From IMG/VR virus record IMGVR_UViG_3300038674_000058, positions 1 to 25,351 of that record: a DNA stretch of 25,351 bases, one strand, 5' to 3'. Below, one piece after another: positions 6,070 through 15,125 of the stretch; the stretch's first letter is position 1; each line of letters starts with the position of its first letter. Source of the stretch: a virus (lineage: Duplodnaviria; Caudoviricetes). Under the pieces are notes generated by a model. It saw nothing but the letters and a program-made list of their open reading frames with translations, was not told where the DNA came from and searched no databases. The position numbers and the translations under genes were made by a program.

Positions 6070-6510
6070 GTGCTGATTTCACTTCCCGGCAGACCGGAGG
6101 AATACTTTGAAGAGCTTGGTGAGATGCACGACTACCTTGCGTCGGTCGACAAGCGCGGCGGTCGCATACTGGCGGTCTATGCGGTGCAGATCAACGGGAC
6201 ACAGGTGGTCCTACACATGGAGCCGCTGGTTGCGCTCACGCCCACGGTAATCAAGGAGTACATGCGCGACTTCAAACGCTTCAAGGATGAAGCTGCGCGA
6301 AACGGCATGACGGAGATCGCTGCCGTCAATGCGAAGGAGCCAAACAATGAAGCGTGGTGGAAATTCGTTCAGCGCATGGGCTTCCCGAAGCCTATCCTTA
6401 TGGCAACGACTGTTTTGCCGATACAACACCCCGCTGTCGCCGGATGCACCGACGATCCCGAGGATGCCGCCGGAGAAAACGGTGCGGCAGAAGAGGCCAC
6501 CGATGCGTAA
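6070..6510 (+). CDS. putative GNAT-fold protein (start uncertain)
   Basis: GGAGG precedes GTG 6070. C-terminal NNEAWWKFVQRMGF resembles the GNAT motif-B pattern (N....KF..R.GF). Confidence 0.55.
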   Translation: MLISLPGRPEEYFEELGEMHDYLASVDKRGGRILAVYAVQINGTQVVLHMEPLVALTPTVIKEYMRDFKRFKDEAARNGMTEIAAVNAKEPNNEAWWKFVQRMGFPKPILMATTVLPIQHPAVAGCTDDPEDAAGENGAAEEATDA

Positions 6511-7027
6511 GACGTTCCCGACACTCTACGTCATGCAGTCCGAGAAGTTCCATGCGGACCTGATCGACGTTGACGAGCGGCTGATGTCCGTCTACGGCGC
6601 TTTCGGCTTCGGAGACTACGTTGAACATCTCAAGGTGCTGATCGGTGACGCGAACTACGCGTCGTGGACGATCATCGACGAGGAGGCGAACATCATCGGC
6701 CTGACGGGCGCGTTCATGATGATCCAAGGCGTCGCCCGCGTCTGGTACTGCCCTGCCTCGATCGTCTTCAAGGACAGGCGTGTGAGAGCGATGTTCTTCA
6801 AGACGCTCAAGCGCTGCCTGGACTCCATCATCGAACAGTGGGGCCTCCGGCGCGTCGAGTGCATCATCCGCGAGGACTTCGAGGAGGCTTTCGTCGTTCC
6901 GTTCAACCGCAAGTTCAGATTCTCTGTCGAGGGCATGATGCGCCACTACGACACGAACGGCGGCAACTACTATCTGCTCGCAAAGTATTGCAACGAAGGC
7001 GACGATGCTGTAGAGGTCGACGAGTAG
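6503..7027 (+). CDS. GNAT-family acetyltransferase-like virion assembly protein
   Basis: GAGG RBS and ATG 6503 overlapping the upstream gene. IIGLTG....GVARVW, GLRRVECII and F.VEGMMRHYDTNGGNYYLLA are typical of podophage RimJ/L-like GNATs. Confidence 0.78.
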   Translation: MRKTFPTLYVMQSEKFHADLIDVDERLMSVYGAFGFGDYVEHLKVLIGDANYASWTIIDEEANIIGLTGAFMMIQGVARVWYCPASIVFKDRRVRAMFFKTLKRCLDSIIEQWGLRRVECIIREDFEEAFVVPFNRKFRFSVEGMMRHYDTNGGNYYLLAKYCNEGDDAVEVDE

Positions 7028-7066
7028 AACGCTTGTCGAACACAAACAAACTCAAGGAGGTCGCCT

Positions 7067-7315
7067 ATGGGCGGTGGAGGTGGAGGCGGCAAAGGGTCCG
7101 CTCCCGTTGCAACGACCCCGGCAACTCCCGTTCCCCCGGAGCCGGTGAGAACGCCGGTTGACCCGGAAGCGGAAGATACGACCGTACAGGTCGAGAACAG
7201 CAAGGCGAAGAAGGCCGCAGCCGCGAAGAAGGCCAGTCTCTTCGCCGATGCCGAAAGTCTCGGTCAGACCGCAGCCCAAGCGGGCAGCGTGTTCTCTCGA
7301 ACACTCGGCGGGTAA
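7067..7315 (+). CDS. small Gly/Pro/Ala-rich virion protein preceding the portal (positional analogue of T7 gp7.3)
   Basis: AAGGAGG RBS. MGGGGGGGKG start, Pro-rich middle, basic patch and TLGG end, at the usual pre-portal position. Confidence 0.8.
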   Translation: MGGGGGGGKGSAPVATTPATPVPPEPVRTPVDPEAEDTTVQVENSKAKKAAAAKKASLFADAESLGQTAAQAGSVFSRTLGG

Positions 7316-7326
7316 CTCGAACACAA

Positions 7327-7358
7327 GCCGGGGGATGAAACACTCCCCCGGCATTTTT
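7327..7358 (+). terminator. intrinsic terminator or attenuator upstream of the portal gene
   Basis: GCCGGGGGA-TGAAACAC-TCCCCCGGC followed by ATTTTT. Confidence 0.65.
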
Positions 7359-7374
7359 CTATGGAGGGCGGGCA

Positions 7375-9033
7375 ATGGAAGCCCATGAATACATCAAATA
7401 CTACGAGGCCCTTGCTGGCGAGCGCATGACGTATCATGCGCTGTGGCAGGACATCGCGGAAAACATCTTCCCGCGTCGGGCCATCTTCAACGGCTCCCAG
7501 TCTCCCGGCCAGCGCGTTGGGCAGAAGGTATACGACGGAACGCCGATGCGTTCGCTCGGGTTGCTCACATCCGCGCTTCACTCCATGCTGACGAACCCCG
7601 GAGCGCTGTGGTTCGAGATTTGGCCGTTCGATGACGACCTGATGAAGAAGTTCGAGGTACGCAAATACTTCCAGACGTGTCAGGCGATCCAGTTTGCCAC
7701 GATGGTCACATCGAACTTCCACTCGCAGGTTCATGAGGTCTATACCGACGGCGGGCTGTTCGGAAACGGCTTCATGATCGTCGAGCCTGATCCCGAATAT
7801 TTCGTGCGCTACTCTGCGCGTCCGATGTCGGAGGTGTTCTGGACGACGAACAGTCGTGAGCTTGTCGATGGATTCTGTCGCAGCTTCACGTTCACCGCAC
7901 GGCAGATGGCGCAGGAGTTCGGCGCATCGAATTGCAGCGAGAAGGTGCGCAAGTCGCTCGAAAGGCCGGAGACGTATGACACCGACAAGTTCACCGTGCT
8001 GCATATTGTTCGGCCTCGCGAGGACTTTGTTCCCGGCAGCTTCAACAAGTTGAAGCGCCCCTACGAATCCGTCTACGTCGAGCTTGACAGCAAGCATGTC
8101 TGTCAGGAGGGCGGCTACTACGAGTTCCCTGCCGCTGCGATGCGTTTCGCAGTCGCTTCCGGCGAGGCATACGGGTACGGCCCCGGCGAAGTCGTGCTTC
8201 CCGATGCGCGTCAGCTGCACATGTTCGCGAAGCACACGCTTCGTGCCGCGCAGAAGGCGACCGACCCGGCGCTCATGGTTCCGCACAAGGCGTTCGTCTC
8301 TCCCCTGCGTCTGTCCGCTGGCGCTATCAACTACTATAGGTCGCGTGGCTCGCTCGCCGCTGGCGGCTCCGCGAGCATGGTTCAGCCTTTCCCGTCTGGA
8401 ACGAACTTCCCGGTCACGTTTGAGGAGAAACGCGACATGCGCGAGCAGGTCGAGCGGGACTTTTGGGTTGACCAGCTGCGTCTCCCTGTGCAGACGCACA
8501 TGACACAGGTTGAGATTCGCCTTCGCGCCGAAGAGAATCAGCGGACGCTCGCTCCGATCCTCGGACGCGCCAACGTCGAACTTCTCGGCCCCGTGCTGCG
8601 TCGCACGTTCAACATCCTCGACCGTGCCGGTCGCTTCCCGCCGAAGCCCGAGATTCTGCGCAATCATCCGTTCAAGGTGAAGTACCGCAGCCCGCTTGCG
8701 CGTAGCCAGCGCTACAGTGAGGTTCAGGCTCTCATGAGCGCCATCGACACGATGACCCCGCTCATTCAGACTGACCCGACGATGCTTGAGATCATCGAAA
8801 AGCCGAAGATGTGGGAGTTCGTGCTTGACGCGTTCGGTGCGCCTCTCGAAGTCATCAAAGACCCGGCGAAGATGATGCAGAAGATCGAAGAGCAGGAAGA
8901 GCAGCAAGCCCGTGCGCAGCAGGATGCGATGCAGCTGCAAGCCGCCGAACAGATGTCCGGTGCAATCAAGAACGTCGCCAGCGCCACGAAGGACTTCGGC
9001 GGTAGCCGTGCGATGATGGGGATGTTGCAGTAA
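7375..9033 (+). CDS. portal (head-tail connector) protein, T7 gp8/BPP-1 type
   Basis: 552 aa. W.DIAE.IFP, YDGT, L.S.L.SMLTNP..WF, SNFH, GEAYGYGP, MT..E...R.EE....L.P.LGR, V.Y.SPLARSQ. Confidence 0.95.
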   Translation: MEAHEYIKYYEALAGERMTYHALWQDIAENIFPRRAIFNGSQSPGQRVGQKVYDGTPMRSLGLLTSALHSMLTNPGALWFEIWPFDDDLMKKFEVRKYFQTCQAIQFATMVTSNFHSQVHEVYTDGGLFGNGFMIVEPDPEYFVRYSARPMSEVFWTTNSRELVDGFCRSFTFTARQMAQEFGASNCSEKVRKSLERPETYDTDKFTVLHIVRPREDFVPGSFNKLKRPYESVYVELDSKHVCQEGGYYEFPAAAMRFAVASGEAYGYGPGEVVLPDARQLHMFAKHTLRAAQKATDPALMVPHKAFVSPLRLSAGAINYYRSRGSLAAGGSASMVQPFPSGTNFPVTFEEKRDMREQVERDFWVDQLRLPVQTHMTQVEIRLRAEENQRTLAPILGRANVELLGPVLRRTFNILDRAGRFPPKPEILRNHPFKVKYRSPLARSQRYSEVQALMSAIDTMTPLIQTDPTMLEIIEKPKMWEFVLDAFGAPLEVIKDPAKMMQKIEEQEEQQARAQQDAMQLQAAEQMSGAIKNVASATKDFGGSRAMMGMLQ

Positions 9034-9377
9034 TGGGACTCTTCAAGAAGAAAGACGGCAAGATGCCGACGGGCCGCAAGGTCGCGACAAACAGCCAGCA
9101 GGAACAGGCGATCCGCAACGTCTTCTCGACATTCGCGGGCGATGTGTTCATGGAGTGGCTTGAGGACTACTGTTTCATGTGGGAGACGACCGATGTACCG
9201 GGCGACCCCATCGAAACGGCGAAGAACGAGAAACTTCGCGCCCTCCTGCTTGACATCAAGCGCATTGTGGCCGAAGACACTATGAACATGGCAACCAACA
9301 AACCCGAGGAGAATGACGATGACGATGGAATCTGGACAGACCCCGACGACCCCTCCCGCATCCGGGTCCGTAGCTAA
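9033..9377 (+). CDS. Bbp19-like conserved protein between portal and scaffold
   Basis: TAATG coupling to the portal gene. VFSTFAGDVFMEWLEDYC...TT.VPGDPIETAKNE..R.LLL.I resembles the family found at this position in BPP-1-like phages. Confidence 0.75.
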   Translation: MGLFKKKDGKMPTGRKVATNSQQEQAIRNVFSTFAGDVFMEWLEDYCFMWETTDVPGDPIETAKNEKLRALLLDIKRIVAEDTMNMATNKPEENDDDDGIWTDPDDPSRIRVRS

Positions 9378-10314
9378 CCCGACTCCCGGCGCTGGCGATG
9401 CTCCCGTCACGCCTCCTGCCGGTGGTGCGCCCGCAACGCCGCCCGCTGGCGGCGCTCCGCAGATTCCCCCCGCTGGTGCGCCCGCGACGCCCCCTGCGGC
9501 TTTCGACTGGGCTTCGGCAGTCAAGAACCCGGACCTGCTCCGTGCGGAGGTCATGAACGGCATCGACTCGCCGGAAGCGCTCATTGAGCGGGCCATCAAG
9601 CTCGACGGGCAACTCAAGGCCGAAGGCCGTGTGAAAATCCCCGGTGAGGGTGCGACGCCCGAAGAGGTCGCCGCGTTCCGCAAGGCCATCGGCGTTCCCG
9701 ACGAAGGCACGGCCAGCGCCTACGACTTCAAAGACCCCGGATTCGACCCGAACTCCGGCGTCACGTTCGATCAGGGCATGTCGGACTGGGCCGCGAAGGT
9801 GTTCCACGAAGCCGGTGTGCCGAAGAGCATGGCGAAGGGCATCTTCGACGCCTGGAACCAGAAGATCACCGCCGACGTTGCAGCCGAGAACGAGCGCGTT
9901 GCGAACATGGGTCGCGAAACCGAGGCCGCGCTTCGTCGCGAGTTCGGCCAGACCTATGAGACTGCGATGGGCGAGATGCGTCAGGCTGTGCGGGCCATTT
10001 TCGGCGACGCCGCTGGCGACATCGAAGCGATGCTTTCCATGCCCGCCGTCGGTAACGATCCGAAAATCATGCGCGGCCTCATGAATCTGCGCAAGTTCTA
10101 CGCCGAAGCCAAGGGCGAGGAGGCGTTCAAGCGTCCCGCCACCGGCCCGTCGTCCCTCGGCCTCACCCCCGCCGAAGCGAAGGCGCAGATCGACGCCATC
10201 ACCCGCGACCGCACTTCTCCGTATTGGAGCAAGGATCACCCCGAACACGCTGCCACCGTGCAGAAGGTCAACCAGTTGTACGAGGCGATGAACCCGCCCA
10301 TCGGAGGCGAATAG
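9313..10314 (+). CDS. capsid scaffolding/assembly protein
   Basis: GAGGAG RBS. Pro-rich N-terminus, IPGE.AT.EE..AF.KAIGVP, helical core LRREFG..YE, C-terminal PYW.KDHPEH...V.KV..LY. Lies upstream of the major capsid gene. Confidence 0.88.
   Translation: MTMTMESGQTPTTPPASGSVANPTPGAGDAPVTPPAGGAPATPPAGGAPQIPPAGAPATPPAAFDWASAVKNPDLLRAEVMNGIDSPEALIERAIKLDGQLKAEGRVKIPGEGATPEEVAAFRKAIGVPDEGTASAYDFKDPGFDPNSGVTFDQGMSDWAAKVFHEAGVPKSMAKGIFDAWNQKITADVAAENERVANMGRETEAALRREFGQTYETAMGEMRQAVRAIFGDAAGDIEAMLSMPAVGNDPKIMRGLMNLRKFYAEAKGEEAFKRPATGPSSLGLTPAEAKAQIDAITRDRTSPYWSKDHPEHAATVQKVNQLYEAMNPPIGGE
9397..9500 (+). repeat. degenerate tandem peptide repeat (AP.TPPAG[G]) x4 in the scaffold N-terminus
   Basis: DAPVTPPAGG-APATPPAGG-APQIPPAG-APATPPAA. 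Confidence 0.7.
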
Positions 10315-10317
10315 GAC

Positions 10318-10512
10318 ATGCAATTCACCCTACAACCTGACAGTACTGCGTTGACGAATGACCGCATTTTGCGTTTGGCTTGCGTCAACGTCGTGATGGA
10401 AAACGGCTCGGAGATGGACAGGCAGAATCCGTTCGACAAGGCGCAGAAGGTGTACGATTTCGTCACCGGAAATGCCGAGCCGCAGGAAGAACAGAAACCC
10501 AAACGCAAGTAG
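10318..10512 (+). CDS. small hypothetical protein, 64 aa
   Basis: GGAGG and AGGA upstream. Fills the gap between scaffold and capsid. LRLAC...AQKVYDFVTG. Confidence 0.7.
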   Translation: MQFTLQPDSTALTNDRILRLACVNVVMENGSEMDRQNPFDKAQKVYDFVTGNAEPQEEQKPKRK

Positions 10513-10536
10513 AAAGCTCGACACGGAGGAACCGCA

Positions 10537-11418
10537 ATGAGCCATCTCGTCAGTGCCAACCATGTACAGCAGTACAACGGGAACGTCACGTTCCTGTCGC
10601 AGCAGAAGGGCACGAAGCTGCGCGACAAGGTTGAGGTCGTCGACCTCAAGGGCAAGAAGGGGTCTTACGATGCCCTCGGCCCGACCAAGCCCACCAAACG
10701 CACGGGGCGTCACGGAGACACCAAGCTGGTGAACACGCCGCACTACCGGCGTTGGATCACCAGTGCCACCTACGACTGGGCCGACCTCGTGGATGACGAG
10801 GACAAGCTCAAGATGCTCTACGACCCGACGCATCCCTACGCCGTGAACGCTGGCATGGCCTTCGCCCGCCAGAAGGACGACGTTATCATCTCGGCACTGT
10901 TCGCCGACGTTCTGTACGGCGAAGACGGCGACCAGACTCTCACCTGGGCCTCCGACGGCGCGGACCAGATCATCGCCGAAACCGGAACCGACGGCATGAC
11001 CCTCGCGAAGCTGCTCGAAGCGCAGGAGATCAAGGGCCTCGCCGATGTGGACGAGGACGAGAAGTGGTACATGGCGATCAGCCCGAAGCAGCTGACCAAC
11101 CTGCTCAACACCACCGAGGTCAAGTCTGCCGACTACAACAGCGTCAAGGCGCTGGTGAAGGGCGAGATCAACGAGTTCATGGGCTTCGAGTTCGTGCGCA
11201 CCAACCGGCTGCTCACCACCGGCAACATGCGTCGCTGCGCCGCGTGGTGCAAGTCCGGCCTGTACCTCGCCGAACCCAAGAACGTCACCACCGACATCGG
11301 CCCGCGTCGCGACAAGAACAACGCGACGCAGATTTTCGTGACCATGAACCTCGGCGCTGTGCGCATGGAAGAGGTCAAGGTTATCGAAATCCAGTGCTAC
11401 GAGGCCCCGGCTTCCTAG
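10537..11418 (+). CDS. major capsid protein (HK97 fold, BPP-1/HTVC010P-like)
   Basis: GGAGGA RBS and very strong codon bias. VQQY...V..LSQQKG.KLR, T.H.RRW, D.EDKLKML.DP, A.AR.KDD.II, EV.SADYN.VKALV.GEI..FMGF.F, GAVRMEE.KV. Confidence 0.95.
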   Translation: MSHLVSANHVQQYNGNVTFLSQQKGTKLRDKVEVVDLKGKKGSYDALGPTKPTKRTGRHGDTKLVNTPHYRRWITSATYDWADLVDDEDKLKMLYDPTHPYAVNAGMAFARQKDDVIISALFADVLYGEDGDQTLTWASDGADQIIAETGTDGMTLAKLLEAQEIKGLADVDEDEKWYMAISPKQLTNLLNTTEVKSADYNSVKALVKGEINEFMGFEFVRTNRLLTTGNMRRCAAWCKSGLYLAEPKNVTTDIGPRRDKNNATQIFVTMNLGAVRMEEVKVIEIQCYEAPAS

Positions 11419-11442
11419 TCGGGTGACAAGAGGAGAACAGAC

Positions 11443-11898
11443 ATGAGCCTCAAGACCTACGACTACAAGGGCGCGGAACTCTCCAACGTCGACGGCGGGA
11501 CCAGCCTGTCGAATCAGGGTACGCGCCTCGGCGGCAAACTGCGCTGCGCTATCGCTGAATACGAAGCCGACGGCGTTGCCATCAGCAAGACCATCGAGAT
11601 GATCCGTCTGCCCAAGGGCGCGACCATGATCGAAGGCTTCCTCTCTGCCGACGCGCTCGGGTCCGGTGTGACCCTCGCCGTCGGCGGGCAGGATCAGGAC
11701 AGCACCAACGCCAACGACGCCGACCGCTACCTCGCCGCGACCGCGATGAACACCGCGAACAAGCGCGTGGCCCTGACGCCGCCCGTCCCGACCAAGCTCA
11801 CCGCCGAAAACGGCGATCAGCTGTACATCACCGTGGCTGGCGCTGCCGCCACCGGCACGATCGTCCTCGTCGTCTTCTACATCGAAGAGATCGACTAG
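11443..11898 (+). CDS. capsid decoration/cement protein
   Basis: Directly after the capsid gene with the same high-expression codon bias. Beta-rich jelly-roll-like sequence (I.M.RLPKGA, L.SGVTLAVG, D.DRYL.A, GTIVLVV.Y). Confidence 0.75.
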   Translation: MSLKTYDYKGAELSNVDGGTSLSNQGTRLGGKLRCAIAEYEADGVAISKTIEMIRLPKGATMIEGFLSADALGSGVTLAVGGQDQDSTNANDADRYLAATAMNTANKRVALTPPVPTKLTAENGDQLYITVAGAAATGTIVLVVFYIEEID

Positions 11899-11925
11899 GG
11901 CGTACAAGCGCCGAAACCGCAACAC

Positions 11926-11961
11926 AAAGGGGCGAGGGCAAACAGCCCCCGCCCCTTTTTC
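11926..11961 (+). terminator. intrinsic terminator after the capsid/decoration genes
   Basis: AAAGGGGCGAGGGC-AAACA-GCCCCCGCCCCTTTTT, at the position equivalent to T7 T-phi. Confidence 0.8.
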
Positions 11962-11976
11962 TCATAGGAGTACGAC

Positions 11977-12612
11977 ATGAGCGCTGGTGGAGCTACCGCA
12001 ACCGATGTCGCCAACGAAGCCCTCGGCATCCTCGGCGTGAAGCCGATTACCGACATCATGGACACCGGGACGCTCGCCGAAGCATGTCGGCGCATGTTTC
12101 CCGTAACAAAGAAGTCCCTGTTCCGCTCTCACCCGTGGAACAGCTTGCTTGCGCGGGCAACGACATCGCCCGACGTAAAGACTCCCGTGTGGGGGTTCTC
12201 GTATCGGCACAAGTTGCCGACCGGGTGTATGCGGCTGTGGAAGATCAACGGATTCAGGCTTCCGTACAAGCAGTTTCGCGTCGAGTCTGGATTCATCCTC
12301 GCGAACGACAATTACCTCGAACTTCTGTTCGTCAAGGACACCGACAACTATTCGACGCTCGACCCGTCTCTGTACGAGGCTCTTGCATACAGACTCGCAA
12401 TCAAGATTCACCGCCTCGTCGGAGCGAAGACGAAGAACATCGGCGACGTAATCCAGACGTATCAGGATGTACTTGGCGACGCCATCCTCGCTGACAGCGC
12501 GGAGACGCAAGAGGAAGTGCCTATCGGTGCTGACGACTGGGAGATGTATCGCCAGACCAGTCAGGACGGCGTACCGTGGCCCAGTGACTTCGTGGATGTG
12601 GAGGACATCTAA
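11977..12612 (+). CDS. tail adaptor (tail tubular protein A, T7 gp11-like)
   Basis: DVAN.AL..LG..PI, A..C...F......L.RSHPWN, P.WGFSY...LP..C.R, F..ES..IL.N, EALAYRLA. Confidence 0.9.
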   Translation: MSAGGATATDVANEALGILGVKPITDIMDTGTLAEACRRMFPVTKKSLFRSHPWNSLLARATTSPDVKTPVWGFSYRHKLPTGCMRLWKINGFRLPYKQFRVESGFILANDNYLELLFVKDTDNYSTLDPSLYEALAYRLAIKIHRLVGAKTKNIGDVIQTYQDVLGDAILADSAETQEEVPIGADDWEMYRQTSQDGVPWPSDFVDVEDI

Positions 12613-15125
12613 TGCCGTATCGTACTCCGTGGACGAACTTCACCGCTGGCGAGTGGACCGAGCAGTTGCTTGGCCGGTACGACATCAAGAAGTATTTCAA
12701 CTCCGTTCGCAAGCTGGAAAACTTCTACTCGAAGCCGTATGGCGGCGTGTCGAAGGTTCCCGGCACAATCTTCGCGTTCGAGCAGCGCGACGAAACACGC
12801 GTTGCTCGCGTCATCCCGTTCAAGTACAACACGGCGCTCACCTACACGCTCTGCTTTGAGGGTGGACGCATGGATGGCGAGTCCGAAGTCGGCGGCTACA
12901 TGCGGGTCTTCTCGAACAACGGAATCGTCGTGTCTGGCGATCCTGCGACTCCGTATGAGATCAACCTTCCTTATAAGGAAGAAGACCTCCCCGGCCTCCA
13001 CTACGCGCAGATCAAGGATACGCTGTACATCGTGCATGAGTCCTACCCTGTGCAGCGCTTGACGCGCAACGATCACACGGACTGGATCATCGAAGCCGTC
13101 GAGTTCTCCGGCGGGCCGTTTGGTCCGAGCAACAAGTACCACGACCTGTTCGTTGAGTTCGACAACAGGGTCGGGAGTGTGAACCTCAAGGCCAGCGGCG
13201 ACCTGTTCGTGGCTGACCACGAAGGCGAAGTTTTCAGGGTTCTTGACGGCTCCGTTCTCATTGAGACTGTCACCGACGCTCGCAATGCGAGCGGCAAGAT
13301 CATCGAACAGATCAGCGACGGCAAGAACGAGAACGCATACGGAGCCGAGGTACTTGACAGCGCTTGGACCGTCAACAGCGGGACCATGACCGATAACACC
13401 GCGACCGATGTGTCTGCGACCGGGGCCTTCGAGATTCAGAAGACGTTTGACGTTTACTACAAACGCAAAGAGTTCTTCATGTTCACCGTGTCTGGTGACG
13501 TTGATGCGTCGCAGAAGATCACGATTGAACTGCAAACCGACGACTACGACCCGACCACCGCCGCCCTCGTCGGCGGCGATCACATTCGCGACGTATTCAC
13601 CGGAGAGTTCCTTGAGGAAGAGTCGTATTCGTTCGTCATCGACCTCGGCGAATACATGGGCGGTCAACTGGACTTCAACAGCACGAAGAACACTTGGCCG
13701 ACCGACCCTGACAAGATGCAACTTACGTTCAAGATCATCTACAGCGGGACCGGAACCGTCGAAATCTCCGATATGACGTTCCGCGACATCGAACCGGCGC
13801 ATCCGTCTGCGACTTGGGACTGGGCCGAAGCTGCGTTCTCCGCTCGTCGCGGCTACCCGAAGCGCGTTGCGTTCTTCGACGGTCGCATGTTCCTCGGTGG
13901 CACTCCTTCTCTGCCCAACGCGTTCTGGTTGTCGCAGTCCGACGGCGACATGGAGAACTTCGACGCATACGACCCTGAACTCGACACCTCCGGCATGTTC
14001 ATGCAACTCGAATCCGAGATGCTTGAAGCGATTGAATGGGTTCGCTCGAAGAAGGATTTGTGGATCGGGACGGATCAGGGCGTGTGGCGAATCACTTCGT
14101 CCGAATCCGGCTCTCCGATCGCACCGTCCACGATCAAGGCTGTGCCGGAGGCGACGTTTGGCGCTGACGGAATCAGTGCACTCTCCGTTGAAAACGTCAT
14201 CATGTACGCGTCGCGCTCCTCCGAGAAGATTCGCGAAATCGCGTACAACCTTGAGGAAGACAACTGGAAGTCCGTCGAAGTCTCGCTCTTCGGCGAACAC
14301 ATTTTCAAGGAGTCGAAACTTCTTGATTGGGCATGGCAGCAGCAGCCCTACGGCATTCTGTGGTGCATCCGCGAAGACGGGCTTCTTTGCGGTATGACGT
14401 ACATGCGCGAACAGAATGTGTTGTCTTGGTGGCGCTGCCCCCGAGACAACATGGCCGTCGAGTCCATCTGTGCGATTACCGAACCTGACGGCTACGATCA
14501 GGTGTGGCTGACCGTAAAGCGCGAGATCAACGGTGCAACTCGACGCTACGTCGAGTACATCGACAGGGAATACTTCGATCAAGTCGACTGGCATTACGTT
14601 GATTGCGGACTCAAGTACAACGGCGATCCGACCAGCACTGTCTCCGGCCTCACGCATCTCATTGGCGAAACCGTTCAAGTTCTCGCTGACGGCGCTACGA
14701 TGCACACACAGGTCGTAGATGAAGACGGCGAAATCTCGCTCGTCGGAGACAGCGGTATCACCGAGGCGTCCGTCGTTCATGTCGGCCTCGCGTACACCTC
14801 GAAGTTGCGGACGCAGAACGTCGAGCAGCAGCTTCCGACCGGAACCATTCAGGGCCTCAACCTTCGGATGCAGAAGGTCATTGCGAAGCTGTTCAAGACC
14901 GGGTACGGTCTGCAATTCGCGACCGCAGACGAAGGGCCGTGGGAAGATGTCGACGTTCGCTATCCCGATTCTCCGATGGATGCGCCGCCGCCCCCGTTTA
15001 CTGGTGACGCCGATGTGTACATCCAAACCGACTATAGCCCTGACTCGTCCATCTGGTTGAAGCATGACCAGCCGACGCAATGCAATGTTCTCGGTCTGAT
15101 CGCCGAGTGGGAGGAGGGTGAGTAA
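12612..15125 (+). CDS. tail nozzle (tail tubular protein B, T7 gp12-like)
   Basis: NFTAGE....L.GR.D...Y, LENF...P.GG....PGT, GYP..V.FF..R..L.G, W.QQPY..LW..R.DG.L...TY, SGL.HL.GETV.VLADG, VGL.Y. TAATG coupling on both sides. Confidence 0.93.
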   Translation: MPYRTPWTNFTAGEWTEQLLGRYDIKKYFNSVRKLENFYSKPYGGVSKVPGTIFAFEQRDETRVARVIPFKYNTALTYTLCFEGGRMDGESEVGGYMRVFSNNGIVVSGDPATPYEINLPYKEEDLPGLHYAQIKDTLYIVHESYPVQRLTRNDHTDWIIEAVEFSGGPFGPSNKYHDLFVEFDNRVGSVNLKASGDLFVADHEGEVFRVLDGSVLIETVTDARNASGKIIEQISDGKNENAYGAEVLDSAWTVNSGTMTDNTATDVSATGAFEIQKTFDVYYKRKEFFMFTVSGDVDASQKITIELQTDDYDPTTAALVGGDHIRDVFTGEFLEEESYSFVIDLGEYMGGQLDFNSTKNTWPTDPDKMQLTFKIIYSGTGTVEISDMTFRDIEPAHPSATWDWAEAAFSARRGYPKRVAFFDGRMFLGGTPSLPNAFWLSQSDGDMENFDAYDPELDTSGMFMQLESEMLEAIEWVRSKKDLWIGTDQGVWRITSSESGSPIAPSTIKAVPEATFGADGISALSVENVIMYASRSSEKIREIAYNLEEDNWKSVEVSLFGEHIFKESKLLDWAWQQQPYGILWCIREDGLLCGMTYMREQNVLSWWRCPRDNMAVESICAITEPDGYDQVWLTVKREINGATRRYVEYIDREYFDQVDWHYVDCGLKYNGDPTSTVSGLTHLIGETVQVLADGATMHTQVVDEDGEISLVGDSGITEASVVHVGLAYTSKLRTQNVEQQLPTGTIQGLNLRMQKVIAKLFKTGYGLQFATADEGPWEDVDVRYPDSPMDAPPPPFTGDADVYIQTDYSPDSSIWLKHDQPTQCNVLGLIAEWEEGE

